Notes: generated by a model from the sequence alone, not told the origin. A DNA stretch of 42,589 bases from Prevotellaceae bacterium (GCA_031270335.1 JAISXV010000035.1:1-42589), one strand, 5' to 3'. Counted from the stretch's first letter, positions 34,321-42,589 are shown. Translations and numbers: made by a program.

Positions 34321-37320
34321 TTAATATTTTATTGATACTCCAAGAGAAACAAACTGACCCTGATTGAATCGTTTTGTTGTCTGTTCACGTTTATATATTG
34401 CATTATCTTTTTCGAATTTCGGAAACTGTTTGAACACTATGTCTTCGGCGAGAATATCGCGGATGGAACACCTTAATTCGCAATGTTTGCCAATTGTCTT
34501 TATAATTGACAGATCAAGCATGTTGCGCGGCATTTCGTAAGAATCGGGAACCATGTTGTTGATAATTTGGTCGGGAACGTTAGATTTGCCGAGTCCGACA
34601 ATTCGTTTACCGATGCGGTTGTACAGCGCCGAAATATTCAGCCCCGCTTTTTCGGACGCATAATATATCCCCGCATTAATCACATAAGGCGACTGTCCCT
34701 GCATTGCGCGATCGGGTTCCGACACCACTTCGCCCGGCTCGAAATGTACCCGGCTCGAAATCAACGCAACGTTCATCGTCGCCGACAATGCCGGCAATCC
34801 TATAAAATCCAGTTTCTTACGTACATCAAGTTCTATTCCGCGACTGACTGCCTTACCTGCATTTTCGTAACTGTAACGCCACGAGCCGCCCATATCAATA
34901 AACGTCCATTCAATCGGATTCCGGAAATATTTGTAGAAAATACCCAGACTGACCGTTTCGCCCAGCGCCGGATAAAATTCGTATCGCAAATCTATGTTAT
35001 CAATCTTTGCCGTTTTCAGATTTTCGTTACCGCCGATTTCGCTGAACAAATCGAAATCGTAATACACCGAAGGCGACAACTCACGCAGTTCGGGACGATT
35101 AACCGAACGACCGTAAGCCGCTCTTAACTGATGCCGTTCCGAAAACCTGTACACAAGATTCACCGATGGAAGCCAGTCCAATTCATTGATAATCTTAGTA
35201 GTATCCAACGTTATAGCGGGGTTCATCGAACGGTCGTTTGTGAGTTTCGTGCGCCGGTTTTCGAAACGTACTCCGGCATAAATCGCCAGATTGTTTACAG
35301 GAATTTCGAAGACGGCATATCCGGCGGCGTGCAGCACATTTGCCGAATAGTTGTTGGTTTTCTTAGTAATCTCATCAACATACACCTTATCGGCGCCGAG
35401 ATACCGGTTATCAAACATCTCGGCGAACGGCAGCGACAAATAAGTTTGCCGTTCCTCGTACGACAGTTTGTTATAACGGTAAATAAACTCACGCATAGCA
35501 TAATCGCGGTCTTGATATTCCCCATAAAAACCTGTTTTTAAAGCAGAAAGAAATATATTGTCAAACGTATGTCTATAATTCAACGCAGCGGAAAATATAT
35601 TATCATAAAGATTATGGAAATATCTTGAAATATTATCGTTATGTGTTGTGACGAAAGGAATATCCTCTTCGTTTCCGATGCCGGCGTAATTGACGACAAT
35701 CCGACGGTCGGGTTCGTTCTTCGAAGCGAACGAATATCCGATATCCCAGGATAGGGTAGGGGAGTTGGGGTTTGGGGTATGGGCGTTGGGGTTTAGGGTT
35801 TGGGGATTAGGGGAGTTGGGGTTTAGGGTATGGGGATTAGGGTTTGGGGCATGGCTATCCCTATTGCCTAACCCCCATACCCTATCGCCTAACCCCCATA
35901 CCCTATTGCCTAAACCCCATACCCCATCTCCTAACTCATGCGTTCCCGAAAATTGTCCGCTGTAAATCAGTCGTGACGAATACTGTATTTCAGTCTGTTC
36001 ATAGTAATACATACTGCTGACATCCTTGATTCCTGTGCGTTTCGTTAAACGATTACGTCCGAGAATGTTGAGCAGATTTTTGAACTCAATGCGGTTCGAA
36101 GGATTAATGACAAACGACCAGTTGTGCAGGACGCCCAGCCGTGCATCGTTCGAAAACTGATTATCAACATAATCGTAGAGATAAACCGGAGTGTCTTCTG
36201 TATAATTATAGATACCGTAACGGGCGTTTTTCATTTTGTGTACACTCTTAAAAGTGTTGCTGTAATTGAGCGAAGTAAGATTGCCGACAGTCCGGTTGCT
36301 TTTCGTTTCGATTCGACGGGCGAGGGTCAGGAAAAACCGCTGGTCGGGAACGGGTATAATATTTCTAACTTTCCAGTTGGTGTTGAATCCTTCTTTGGTT
36401 AGACGGGTGATTTCATCGGGATTATTGACTGCGCCCAGATGTTCGGGAAAATCTTTTGACAAAGTACGCATATTGTTGTCGAATCCAAGGAAATCTGTCG
36501 CTCCGCCTTCCCCGATATGGAAGACGTCGAATTGCGTCGCAACATTGAATCCGGTAGTGTAACCGGCTTGGATACTGTTTTCGTCGGGTACGCTCTTGGA
36601 AGTGATTTTGACGAATCCGCCGGAGAAATCGCCGGGGATATCGGGCGATGGCGACTTGTAAACCATCAGATTGTCAATCTGACTGCCCGGCACGAGATCG
36701 AACGGAAAAGCTCGACTGTCGGTTTCGGTGCTTGGCGCCGTCATACCGTTAATCCACGCATTGTTGTAGCGTTGCGACAGCCCACGGACAATAATCAGCC
36801 GGTCGTCGATAATCGTTACGCCCGGCGCCCGACGAATAACTTCGGACGCAACTCTATCCGGACTTCGCGCTATCTGCGCCGCTGAAATACCGCTCGCAAC
36901 TTGCGGAAGCGTCTTGACAATCTGCATTATCGCATTTTCGGTATTACTCCTCTGACGGGCGCTGACAACAACCGCATCCATCACGATGTCTTCGCTTTCG
37001 ATGTAAATATCCATCACGGTATCGGACTGCAGGATTTCAAAATCCATTTCAAACGTCCTGTACGAAAGAGCAGAGACTTCCAATATATAACTTCCTGCGC
37101 TAAGATTCCGGATATTGTAATATCCTTCGACGTTGGTAGTTGCGCCCTTATCAGTGTTCTTAATCAACACTATAGCTCCCTCGACAGGGTTTGATGTTTC
37201 CGCATCGCGGACAATTCCCGAAATTTCTCTTGCTTCGGCGAAAAATCCCGAAACCAAAATCTGAAAAACCACAATCAATAACCTTGTCTTCAATTTGTTT
37301 TGCATAATCACTTTCATCAT
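34321..37320 (-). CDS. TonB-dependent receptor (carboxypeptidase-regulatory-like N-domain, plug, barrel), non-SusC type
   Basis: 999 aa. CarbopepD_reg-like segment ISGIVRDAETSNPVEGAIVLI...GYYNIRNLSAGSYILEVS. Plug region DRVASEVIRRAPGVTIIDDRLIIVRGLSQRYNN. C-terminal aromatic residue (IKY). No susD homologue downstream. Confidence 0.9.
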   Translation of the reverse strand: MMKVIMQNKLKTRLLIVVFQILVSGFFAEAREISGIVRDAETSNPVEGAIVLIKNTDKGATTNVEGYYNIRNLSAGSYILEVSALSYRTFEMDFEILQSDTVMDIYIESEDIVMDAVVVSARQRSNTENAIMQIVKTLPQVASGISAAQIARSPDRVASEVIRRAPGVTIIDDRLIIVRGLSQRYNNAWINGMTAPSTETDSRAFPFDLVPGSQIDNLMVYKSPSPDIPGDFSGGFVKITSKSVPDENSIQAGYTTGFNVATQFDVFHIGEGGATDFLGFDNNMRTLSKDFPEHLGAVNNPDEITRLTKEGFNTNWKVRNIIPVPDQRFFLTLARRIETKSNRTVGNLTSLNYSNTFKSVHKMKNARYGIYNYTEDTPVYLYDYVDNQFSNDARLGVLHNWSFVINPSNRIEFKNLLNILGRNRLTKRTGIKDVSSMYYYEQTEIQYSSRLIYSGQFSGTHELGDGVWGLGNRVWGLGDRVWGLGNRDSHAPNPNPHTLNPNSPNPQTLNPNAHTPNPNSPTLSWDIGYSFASKNEPDRRIVVNYAGIGNEEDIPFVTTHNDNISRYFHNLYDNIFSAALNYRHTFDNIFLSALKTGFYGEYQDRDYAMREFIYRYNKLSYEERQTYLSLPFAEMFDNRYLGADKVYVDEITKKTNNYSANVLHAAGYAVFEIPVNNLAIYAGVRFENRRTKLTNDRSMNPAITLDTTKIINELDWLPSVNLVYRFSERHQLRAAYGRSVNRPELRELSPSVYYDFDLFSEIGGNENLKTAKIDNIDLRYEFYPALGETVSLGIFYKYFRNPIEWTFIDMGGSWRYSYENAGKAVSRGIELDVRKKLDFIGLPALSATMNVALISSRVHFEPGEVVSEPDRAMQGQSPYVINAGIYYASEKAGLNISALYNRIGKRIVGLGKSNVPDQIINNMVPDSYEMPRNMLDLSIIKTIGKHCELRCSIRDILAEDIVFKQFPKFEKDNAIYKREQTTKRFNQGQFVSLGVSIKY
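35751..35936. repeat. G-rich/C-rich heptamer-array inverted repeat inserted in-frame in the TonB-dependent receptor gene
   Basis: Bases 35751-35853 are GGGTTTG/GGGTATG/GGGTTTA/GGGATTA-type units. Bases 35854-35936 are CCTAACC/CCCATAC/CCTATCG-type units. The arms are partly complementary, and both strands stay open. Confidence 0.9.
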
Positions 37321-37330
37321 TTTGACAACG

Positions 37331-37338
37331 CAAAAATA
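37331..37338 (-). promoter_or_regulatory. -7 promoter box TATTTTTG upstream of the TonB-dependent receptor
   Basis: TAnnTTTG match only 11 nt from the first ATG, which suggests a very short leader or a downstream start (the ATG at 37305). Confidence 0.35.
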
Positions 37339-37480
37339 AGGTGCGGTTATTACTAAACGGCTACAAAAAATTTACAATTATGCGAAATGTGTTATAGATT
37401 TTAGTTTTTTTATTGTGGTATTTTTTGTATTCGGTCGCGCCGATTTTATGACACGCTTTTGGAAATATAAAATTTAATGC

Positions 37481-37488
37481 TACCTTTG
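37481..37488 (+). promoter_or_regulatory. -7 promoter box TACCTTTG upstream of the metallophosphoesterase gene
   Basis: TAnnTTTG match 76 nt upstream of 37564. Confidence 0.45.
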
Positions 37489-37563
37489 CCATAAATTTTA
37501 AAGGAAAATGATATGAATGATTTTATTCAACAATATATAAAAATAATTAAAATTTAATATGAT

Positions 37564-38718
37564 ATGAGAATAAATTTTGTTTTTCTTTTTTGCTTATTAT
37601 CCTGTTACAGTATTGCACAGGAGATTAAAATCACGCATGGTCCATATATACAGAATATTGGCGAACATGAAGCCACTATTGTATGGACAACAGACAATGA
37701 CGCTATTTCGTGGATGGAACTTGCTCCGGCGGGCGACGATAGCTTTTACGCTAAAGAACGTACACAGTATTTCCAGACTAAAAATGGCAACCGCGTCGTC
37801 GGTAAATTACACACAATCACCATACCGGAACTCGAAAGGGGAACGGAATACCGTTACCGGATATTTTCGAGGGCGGTAATGGTTGATAAACTTACGTACG
37901 GGGATGTTGCTTCGACAAACGTATATGGAAAAAAGCCACTGCGTTTCACTACATTAGATCATCGAAAACCCGATATTTCATTCGTGATAATCAACGATAT
38001 ACACGGAAGAAATGACGATTTGACCGCATTAAGCAGAAATGTGAAATACGGCGCTACTGATTTGATGATTTTCAACGGTGACATGGCGGATTATATGAAC
38101 GATGAACAACAGTTCTTTTCGGCTTTCATGGACAAATCCGTAGAACTGTTTGCCGCTGAAGTCCCTGTGTTTTATGCACGAGGGAATCACGAAACGCGAG
38201 GTCTTTTTAATTGGTCTTTTTCCGACTATTTTCCGACTAACAGCGGCAAACCGTATTACTCTTTCCGACATGGTCCTGTTCATTTCATCGTGTTGGATTC
38301 CGGCGAAGACAAACCGGATTCGGACATCGAATATTACGGGCTGGCGCAGTTCGACGCTTATCGTACCGAAGAGCAGAAATGGCTGAAAAAAGAATTGCAA
38401 AGCGAATCTTTCCGCACAGCACCTTACAAAGTGGTAATCATGCATATCCCGCCGTTAGAGCCGGGCTGGCACGGAGCGCTCGACATACGAAGAAAATTTC
38501 TTCCTCTGCTAAACAACGTCGGCATTACGATCATGTTTTGCGGTGATACGCATCGATATCAATATGTTGAGCCTAATGCCGGTCTGCATGATTTTCCCAT
38601 ACTGATTAACGCTCATAATACTTCGCTGGAAGTAAAGGCAACAAAAAACGAAATGTCAATCAAACGAAAAGATACTTCGGGGAAGGAAATAAATGACTTT
38701 GTAATACAGGGAATGTAG
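37564..38718 (+). CDS. metallophosphoesterase (purple-acid-phosphatase-like), secreted
   Basis: 384 aa. Signal peptide. FN3-like PAP N-domain (ITHGPYIQNIGEHEATIVWTT). Calcineurin-like motifs INDIHG, GDMADY, GNHE and VIMHIPP. Confidence 0.85.
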   Translation: MRINFVFLFCLLSCYSIAQEIKITHGPYIQNIGEHEATIVWTTDNDAISWMELAPAGDDSFYAKERTQYFQTKNGNRVVGKLHTITIPELERGTEYRYRIFSRAVMVDKLTYGDVASTNVYGKKPLRFTTLDHRKPDISFVIINDIHGRNDDLTALSRNVKYGATDLMIFNGDMADYMNDEQQFFSAFMDKSVELFAAEVPVFYARGNHETRGLFNWSFSDYFPTNSGKPYYSFRHGPVHFIVLDSGEDKPDSDIEYYGLAQFDAYRTEEQKWLKKELQSESFRTAPYKVVIMHIPPLEPGWHGALDIRRKFLPLLNNVGITIMFCGDTHRYQYVEPNAGLHDFPILINAHNTSLEVKATKNEMSIKRKDTSGKEINDFVIQGM

Positions 38719-38726
38719 GAAATGAA

Positions 38727-39605
38727 ATGAAAAATTTAGTGATAATAAGCATTTTAAGTGTCGGCATGATATTTGTTGCCTGTACACAAAAATCAGAAAA
38801 CCACAAAAAAACTTCCTGGGAAATAGATAATCTGAAAGGTAAAGTTAAAAGTGTGCGATCGACAGGTTACACCGCGATAACAGACACTTTGGGGCAAATC
38901 GGGAAAGGAGAAATAATCGCAGTTGAATGGGGATTCAATAACACATTTCTGAAATACAATGAAAAAGGAAAATGGACTGAATATAACAGTTATGAGCCGG
39001 ATGGCAGTATAATCAGAAAAGAAGTTCAGGAATATGACAGTGAAGGATGCTCTGTTGCTCAATACATTTATAATCACGGTGTTTATGCTCAAAAAAAATT
39101 ATATGTACATGATGATAACGGAAATACCACCGAAGTACTGCGATATACCTCAACCGACACTTTAGTTTACCGTTCGGTTTACAAATACGATGATAAAGGA
39201 AATAATATTGAGGCAGCCGGCTATGTCGTTACAGGCTCTGCGGACAGTTTGGTGGGTACAACTGTAAATAAATACGACGAAAAGGGAAACTGTATCGAAA
39301 AAAGCAATTATAAAGCGCCATGGGATTTGGAAAATAAATCTTTGTACAAGTATGATAATGAAGGGAAAATGATTGAAAAAAACAATTATGATTCCAAAGA
39401 AAATCTAATCAATAAAACGATGTACAAATATAATGACGAAGGTTTTTTGACAGAAGTATGTGTTTATAATTCCGAAGACAAGTCAGATAAAAAAACATCG
39501 TATAAATACAGATACGATACAGTTGGTAATTGGATTGAAAAAATTGATTATGAATCAGATATTGCAGCTAAAATAGTTGAAAGACAAATAGAATATTATC
39601 AATAA
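38727..39605 (+). CDS. lipoprotein with YD/RHS-like repeats
   Basis: Lipobox FVACTQ. At least six repeats of about 25 aa with the form Y-K-Y-[DN]-x-x-G-x-x-[IT]-E (YKYDDKGNNIE, NKYDEKGNCIE, YKYDNEGKMIE, YKYNDEGFLTE, YRYDTVGNWIE). Confidence 0.6.
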   Translation: MKNLVIISILSVGMIFVACTQKSENHKKTSWEIDNLKGKVKSVRSTGYTAITDTLGQIGKGEIIAVEWGFNNTFLKYNEKGKWTEYNSYEPDGSIIRKEVQEYDSEGCSVAQYIYNHGVYAQKKLYVHDDNGNTTEVLRYTSTDTLVYRSVYKYDDKGNNIEAAGYVVTGSADSLVGTTVNKYDEKGNCIEKSNYKAPWDLENKSLYKYDNEGKMIEKNNYDSKENLINKTMYKYNDEGFLTEVCVYNSEDKSDKKTSYKYRYDTVGNWIEKIDYESDIAAKIVERQIEYYQ

Positions 39606-39622
39606 AAATTACAAGTAAAAAA

Positions 39623-40123
39623 ATGAGATACTTTTTAGTTATAACAATACTTTTTGTGCATATTGATTTATATTCTCAATCGACGTTTGGGGATTATCCT
39701 TATAATGTTGGCGATATAGCTTTCGATTCGGCGACAGATAATCCGGATTTTGAGGTGATTGACGAAAAAAAGGTACGTCCTTACGCAAAATGCAGCATGA
39801 TGATTGAAGGTGAACGTTACGGAGTAATAGAATATTTTGCGGAACATTTTAAACCAAAACCTGTAGAAAACGCAACAGGATATATCACTGTCAGGTTTAT
39901 GGTCAATCGTAAAGGACAAACCGACCGATTCAGGATGTACGAAATGGATAACAATTTTCAACAAACGACATTCGACAAAACGGTTTCCGGTAAAATCTTC
40001 GACCTTACCAAAAAACTGTCGGGATGGAAACCTCTCATCGACGACAAAGGTAATCAATACGATTATTATCAATATATTGTCTTCAAAATAAAAAACGGAT
40101 TGATTGAATATATACTCCCATGA
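39623..40123 (+). CDS. secreted hypothetical protein, possibly a TonB-C-like fold
   Basis: Signal peptide. The pattern GYITVRFMVNRKGQ...WKP...G...YQYIVFKI loosely resembles TonB C-terminal domains. Confidence 0.5.
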   Translation: MRYFLVITILFVHIDLYSQSTFGDYPYNVGDIAFDSATDNPDFEVIDEKKVRPYAKCSMMIEGERYGVIEYFAEHFKPKPVENATGYITVRFMVNRKGQTDRFRMYEMDNNFQQTTFDKTVSGKIFDLTKKLSGWKPLIDDKGNQYDYYQYIVFKIKNGLIEYILP

Positions 40124-40956
40124 AAAAAATTGTATTTGTTTTCATCTTTATTTTAATCGGAACAAACTGTTTCACTCAAATAAATTGCGACGCTGTTTTT
40201 GAAAAAGACAGTCCATGTCATCGCGCCTGCGAAATGTGTTACAATGACGCTAAAACTCAGGGACGAAGCGGAGTACAGGGTGCGCGGGAAAGTCAAATCA
40301 AATGTGATTCCGCTATTTCGCTTTGTCCGACATTCGCCGACGCATATTATATCAAAGCAATCCCATATCTCAAACGCGGCGAATTTTTGACATGGAAACC
40401 ACTTATCGACAAAGCTGTTGAGTATGACACTGTTGGATATATTGGATATCGCGGCGGCGCCCGTTTCATGTTTTTGCGTGATGGTGAAGGCGCAATAGCC
40501 GATATCGAACTGTTGAAAACGAAAACGGATATTATCGGCTCTATTTACAACGGCGATTATCATTTAAACTGTATTTTAGCGCTTTCGTACCGTGAAACCG
40601 GCGATACTCTGAAATGTATCGAAATATTGAAAAAACACATACAATCGGACAATTCCGGTTTTTTCGACCGTTATCATCTGGGTGTGACGCTGTTTCACGC
40701 TAAACGCTTCGACGAAGCAAAAGAAATATTGCATCAACAAATCAATATCTATCCGTTCGCCGACGCATATTACTATTTAGCATTAATATACAGCTATTTA
40801 TCCGACAAGCATAATGCGCTCGAATATATTCAGAAAGCTCACGTACAGTATATAAACGATATCACATTGCCCGGTTGGAACAGCTATATGGACTATCCGG
40901 ATAAAGTTTATTTAAAACAGATTGAAAATGAAATATTTTGTTTGCAAAAGGACTAA
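40120..40956 (+). CDS. secreted TPR-like repeat protein
   Basis: Signal peptide. TPR-like helices (ADAYYIKAIPYLKRGEF, FADAYYYLALIYSYLSDKHNALEYIQKA). The ATGA start/stop overlap with the upstream gene suggests translational coupling. Confidence 0.5.
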   Translation: MKKIVFVFIFILIGTNCFTQINCDAVFEKDSPCHRACEMCYNDAKTQGRSGVQGARESQIKCDSAISLCPTFADAYYIKAIPYLKRGEFLTWKPLIDKAVEYDTVGYIGYRGGARFMFLRDGEGAIADIELLKTKTDIIGSIYNGDYHLNCILALSYRETGDTLKCIEILKKHIQSDNSGFFDRYHLGVTLFHAKRFDEAKEILHQQINIYPFADAYYYLALIYSYLSDKHNALEYIQKAHVQYINDITLPGWNSYMDYPDKVYLKQIENEIFCLQKD

Positions 40957-40965
40957 AAAAAATAG

Positions 40966-40973
40966 TACTTTTG
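40966..40973 (+). promoter_or_regulatory. -7 promoter box TACTTTTG upstream of pdxA
   Basis: TAnnTTTG match, but 186 nt upstream of 41159, which would be an unusually long leader. Confidence 0.3.
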
Positions 40974-41158
40974 CAAACAAATTATGCAGGTATGAAAGAA
41001 ATGCACCCTAAAAAACGTGTTTTTTCGTTATTTTGTTGCTTCATATTTCGTTTATTGGTCATTATAAAACACTAAATTATATGCAATTATAAAATTATTG
41101 CTCAAATAAATAAAAATATTTGTATCTTTCGGCGTAAATTTATAGCATAATTGTACAG

Positions 41159-42217
41159 ATGAAAGAGAAAATACGAATAGGCATAACGCATGGCGATTTT
41201 AACGGAATAAACTATGAAGTAATAATGAAAACCTTCTCCGACACGGCGATAAACGAGTTTTTTATTCCCATTGTTTACGGCTCGTCGAAGGCTGCCGCAT
41301 ATTATAGAAAAGCTCTGGATATGGAGAATTTCGGTTTTAATGTTATCAACGATGCGGATGAGGCTAATGTTAAGAGAACAAATATTGTAAATGTTGCCGA
41401 CAATGTTAAGGTCGAGATAGGATTTCCTTCGCAACTTGCAGGGATATCGTCGATTAAAGCGCTGGATATGGCTGTGGGCGATTTGCAGTCGGGCAAGATA
41501 GACGCAGTAGTAACCTGTCCCGTAAATAAAGCCACTGTCCGTGCCGCATCGTCGAATTTTTCGGGTCACACCGAATATTTTGCTGACAAGTTTAGCGTTA
41601 AAGATTATGCGATGCTGATGGTTAACGAATTGATGCGAGTAGGTTTTGTTACCGGTCATGTTACTTTGGAAGAAGTTTTGAAAATTCTGAATAAGGATTT
41701 GATAATTAATAAACTGTCGCTTATCAACGAATCGCTTAAAAACGATTTTATGATTCGTGCGCCCCGGATTGCCGTTTTGTCGTTGAATCCTTATGGCGGC
41801 AACAGTGGTTTGATAAGCAGGGAAGAGGTCGAAATCATCTGTCCTGCAATCGAAGAGGCGAAACGAAACGGGATATATGCTTTCGGCGCATATTCGGCTG
41901 ACGATTTTTTTGCTGCGGGCGATTTCAGGAATTTCGACGCCGTACTTGCAATGTATTACGACCAGGGAATGATTCCTTTTAAATCAATAGGTTTGTTGGG
42001 TGGAGTAGCCTATACTGCCGGATTGCCGATTGTCAGGACTGCGCCCGTGCATGGAACGGATTACGAAATTGCCGGTAAAGGAATCGCTACGCCCGCATCG
42101 CTAAGAGACGCTTTATTCCTCGCAATGGAAATATACAGAAACAGAAAAACACAAGGCGAAATCAGTGCAAACCCTCTGAAAATTAGAACAAATCATCAGA
42201 GAAAAACTCTGGAGTAG
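41159..42217 (+). CDS. pdxA: 4-hydroxythreonine-4-phosphate dehydrogenase
   Basis: 352 aa with PdxA family motifs (GITHGDFNGINYEV, FSGHTEYFA, NPYGG, DQGMIPFK, RTAPVHGT). Confidence 0.9.
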   Translation: MKEKIRIGITHGDFNGINYEVIMKTFSDTAINEFFIPIVYGSSKAAAYYRKALDMENFGFNVINDADEANVKRTNIVNVADNVKVEIGFPSQLAGISSIKALDMAVGDLQSGKIDAVVTCPVNKATVRAASSNFSGHTEYFADKFSVKDYAMLMVNELMRVGFVTGHVTLEEVLKILNKDLIINKLSLINESLKNDFMIRAPRIAVLSLNPYGGNSGLISREEVEIICPAIEEAKRNGIYAFGAYSADDFFAAGDFRNFDAVLAMYYDQGMIPFKSIGLLGGVAYTAGLPIVRTAPVHGTDYEIAGKGIATPASLRDALFLAMEIYRNRKTQGEISANPLKIRTNHQRKTLE

Positions 42218-42299
42218 GGTAGGGGAGTAAAGTATATTATTGAAACGGGAAGTAATGATAGAGTGAATGCTCATTTTATTGGAAGTATCGTAGAAAAAA

Positions 42300-42589
42300 A
42301 TGATGAATAATGGAAATAAAATCATTATTTACATTACTGACGACGGCAAAACATCCGTCACTCTGATGGCAAAAGACGGTAATGTGTGGCTAAATCAAAA
42401 CATGCTTGCCGAACTTTTTGGCACCTCTGTGCCAAATATCAGCATGCATATATCCAATATATTACAAGACAAAGAATTGGATTCAAATTCAGTTATTAAG
42501 GATTACTTAACAACTGCCTCCGACGGCAAACAATACAATGTAACTTTCTACAGTTTGGATATGATTCTTGCTATTGGATTCAGAGTACG
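42300..42589 (+). CDS. RhuM family virulence-associated protein, 5' part that runs off the window
   Basis: An ORF absent from the track because it has no stop within the window. MMNNGNKIIIYITDDGKTSVTLMAKDGNVWLNQNMLAELFGTSVPNISMHISNILQDKELDSNSVIKDYLTTASDGKQYNVTFYSLDMILAIGFRV follows the RhuM N-terminal pattern (...W.L.tQ..mAeLF......I..Hl.NI..e.EL.......k........dGK.Y....YnLD.IisvGYRV). Confidence 0.7.
   Translation, partial: MMNNGNKIIIYITDDGKTSVTLMAKDGNVWLNQNMLAELFGTSVPNISMHISNILQDKELDSNSVIKDYLTTASDGKQYNVTFYSLDMILAIGFRV

Noticed and set aside
35690-35965. 91-aa plus-strand ORF encoding GVWGLG/PNPHT repeats
   Set aside because: It is the mirror reading of the palindromic heptamer insert inside the receptor gene. 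It is open only because the element is self-complementary.
41102-41659. 185-aa ORF antisense to pdxA
   Set aside because: It is a shadow ORF of a confidently identified pdxA.
1-42589. tRNA, rRNA, tmRNA, transposase, integrase and CRISPR-Cas content
   Set aside because: I scanned the intergenic regions by eye for tRNA-like T-arm sequences (GGTTCGAATCC), conserved rRNA segments and IS-like terminal repeats with a transposase ORF, and found none. This is a visual screen and not a covariance-model search.

Overview
This 42.6-kb segment looks like chromosomal DNA from a Bacteroidota (Bacteroidales-like) genome. The pointers are a fused lpxC-fabZ gene, a BACON-domain lipoprotein, many lipoprotein signal peptides, and TAnnTTTG -7 promoter boxes upstream of most transcription units. 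Most genes are housekeeping: pssA, pyrI, argB, lipB, lipA, lpxC/fabZ, lpxA, rlmB, lon, rluB, atpA, mnmG, uxaB, a tdh-like gene and pdxA. Several of these (pyrI, atpA, argB) sit without their usual operon partners. I found no rRNA, tRNA, CRISPR array, transposase or integrase. Six things are not ordinary. (1) A family of repeats with roughly 7-bp periodicity, often able to form hairpins, sits at gene boundaries, and one ~186-bp copy is inserted in-frame inside a TonB-dependent receptor gene. (2) The 11-mer GGGTAGGGGAG occurs far more often than chance predicts. (3) A cobalamin riboswitch drives a single BACON/beta-propeller surface lipoprotein with no btuB nearby, and the whole unit is bracketed by 26-bp inverted repeats. 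(4) A small two-gene unit between uxaB and tdh encodes a winged-helix plus possible nuclease protein followed by a DpnD/PcfM-like mini-protein, resembling the DpnI restriction cassette; it has no obvious functional link to either neighbour. (5) The adenine deaminase gene is frameshifted in a G-run, next to twin perfect palindromes. (6) An AT-rich cluster of DnaA-box-like 9-mers lies upstream of mnmG. All family assignments rest on motifs read by eye and remembered family signatures; no database search was run.
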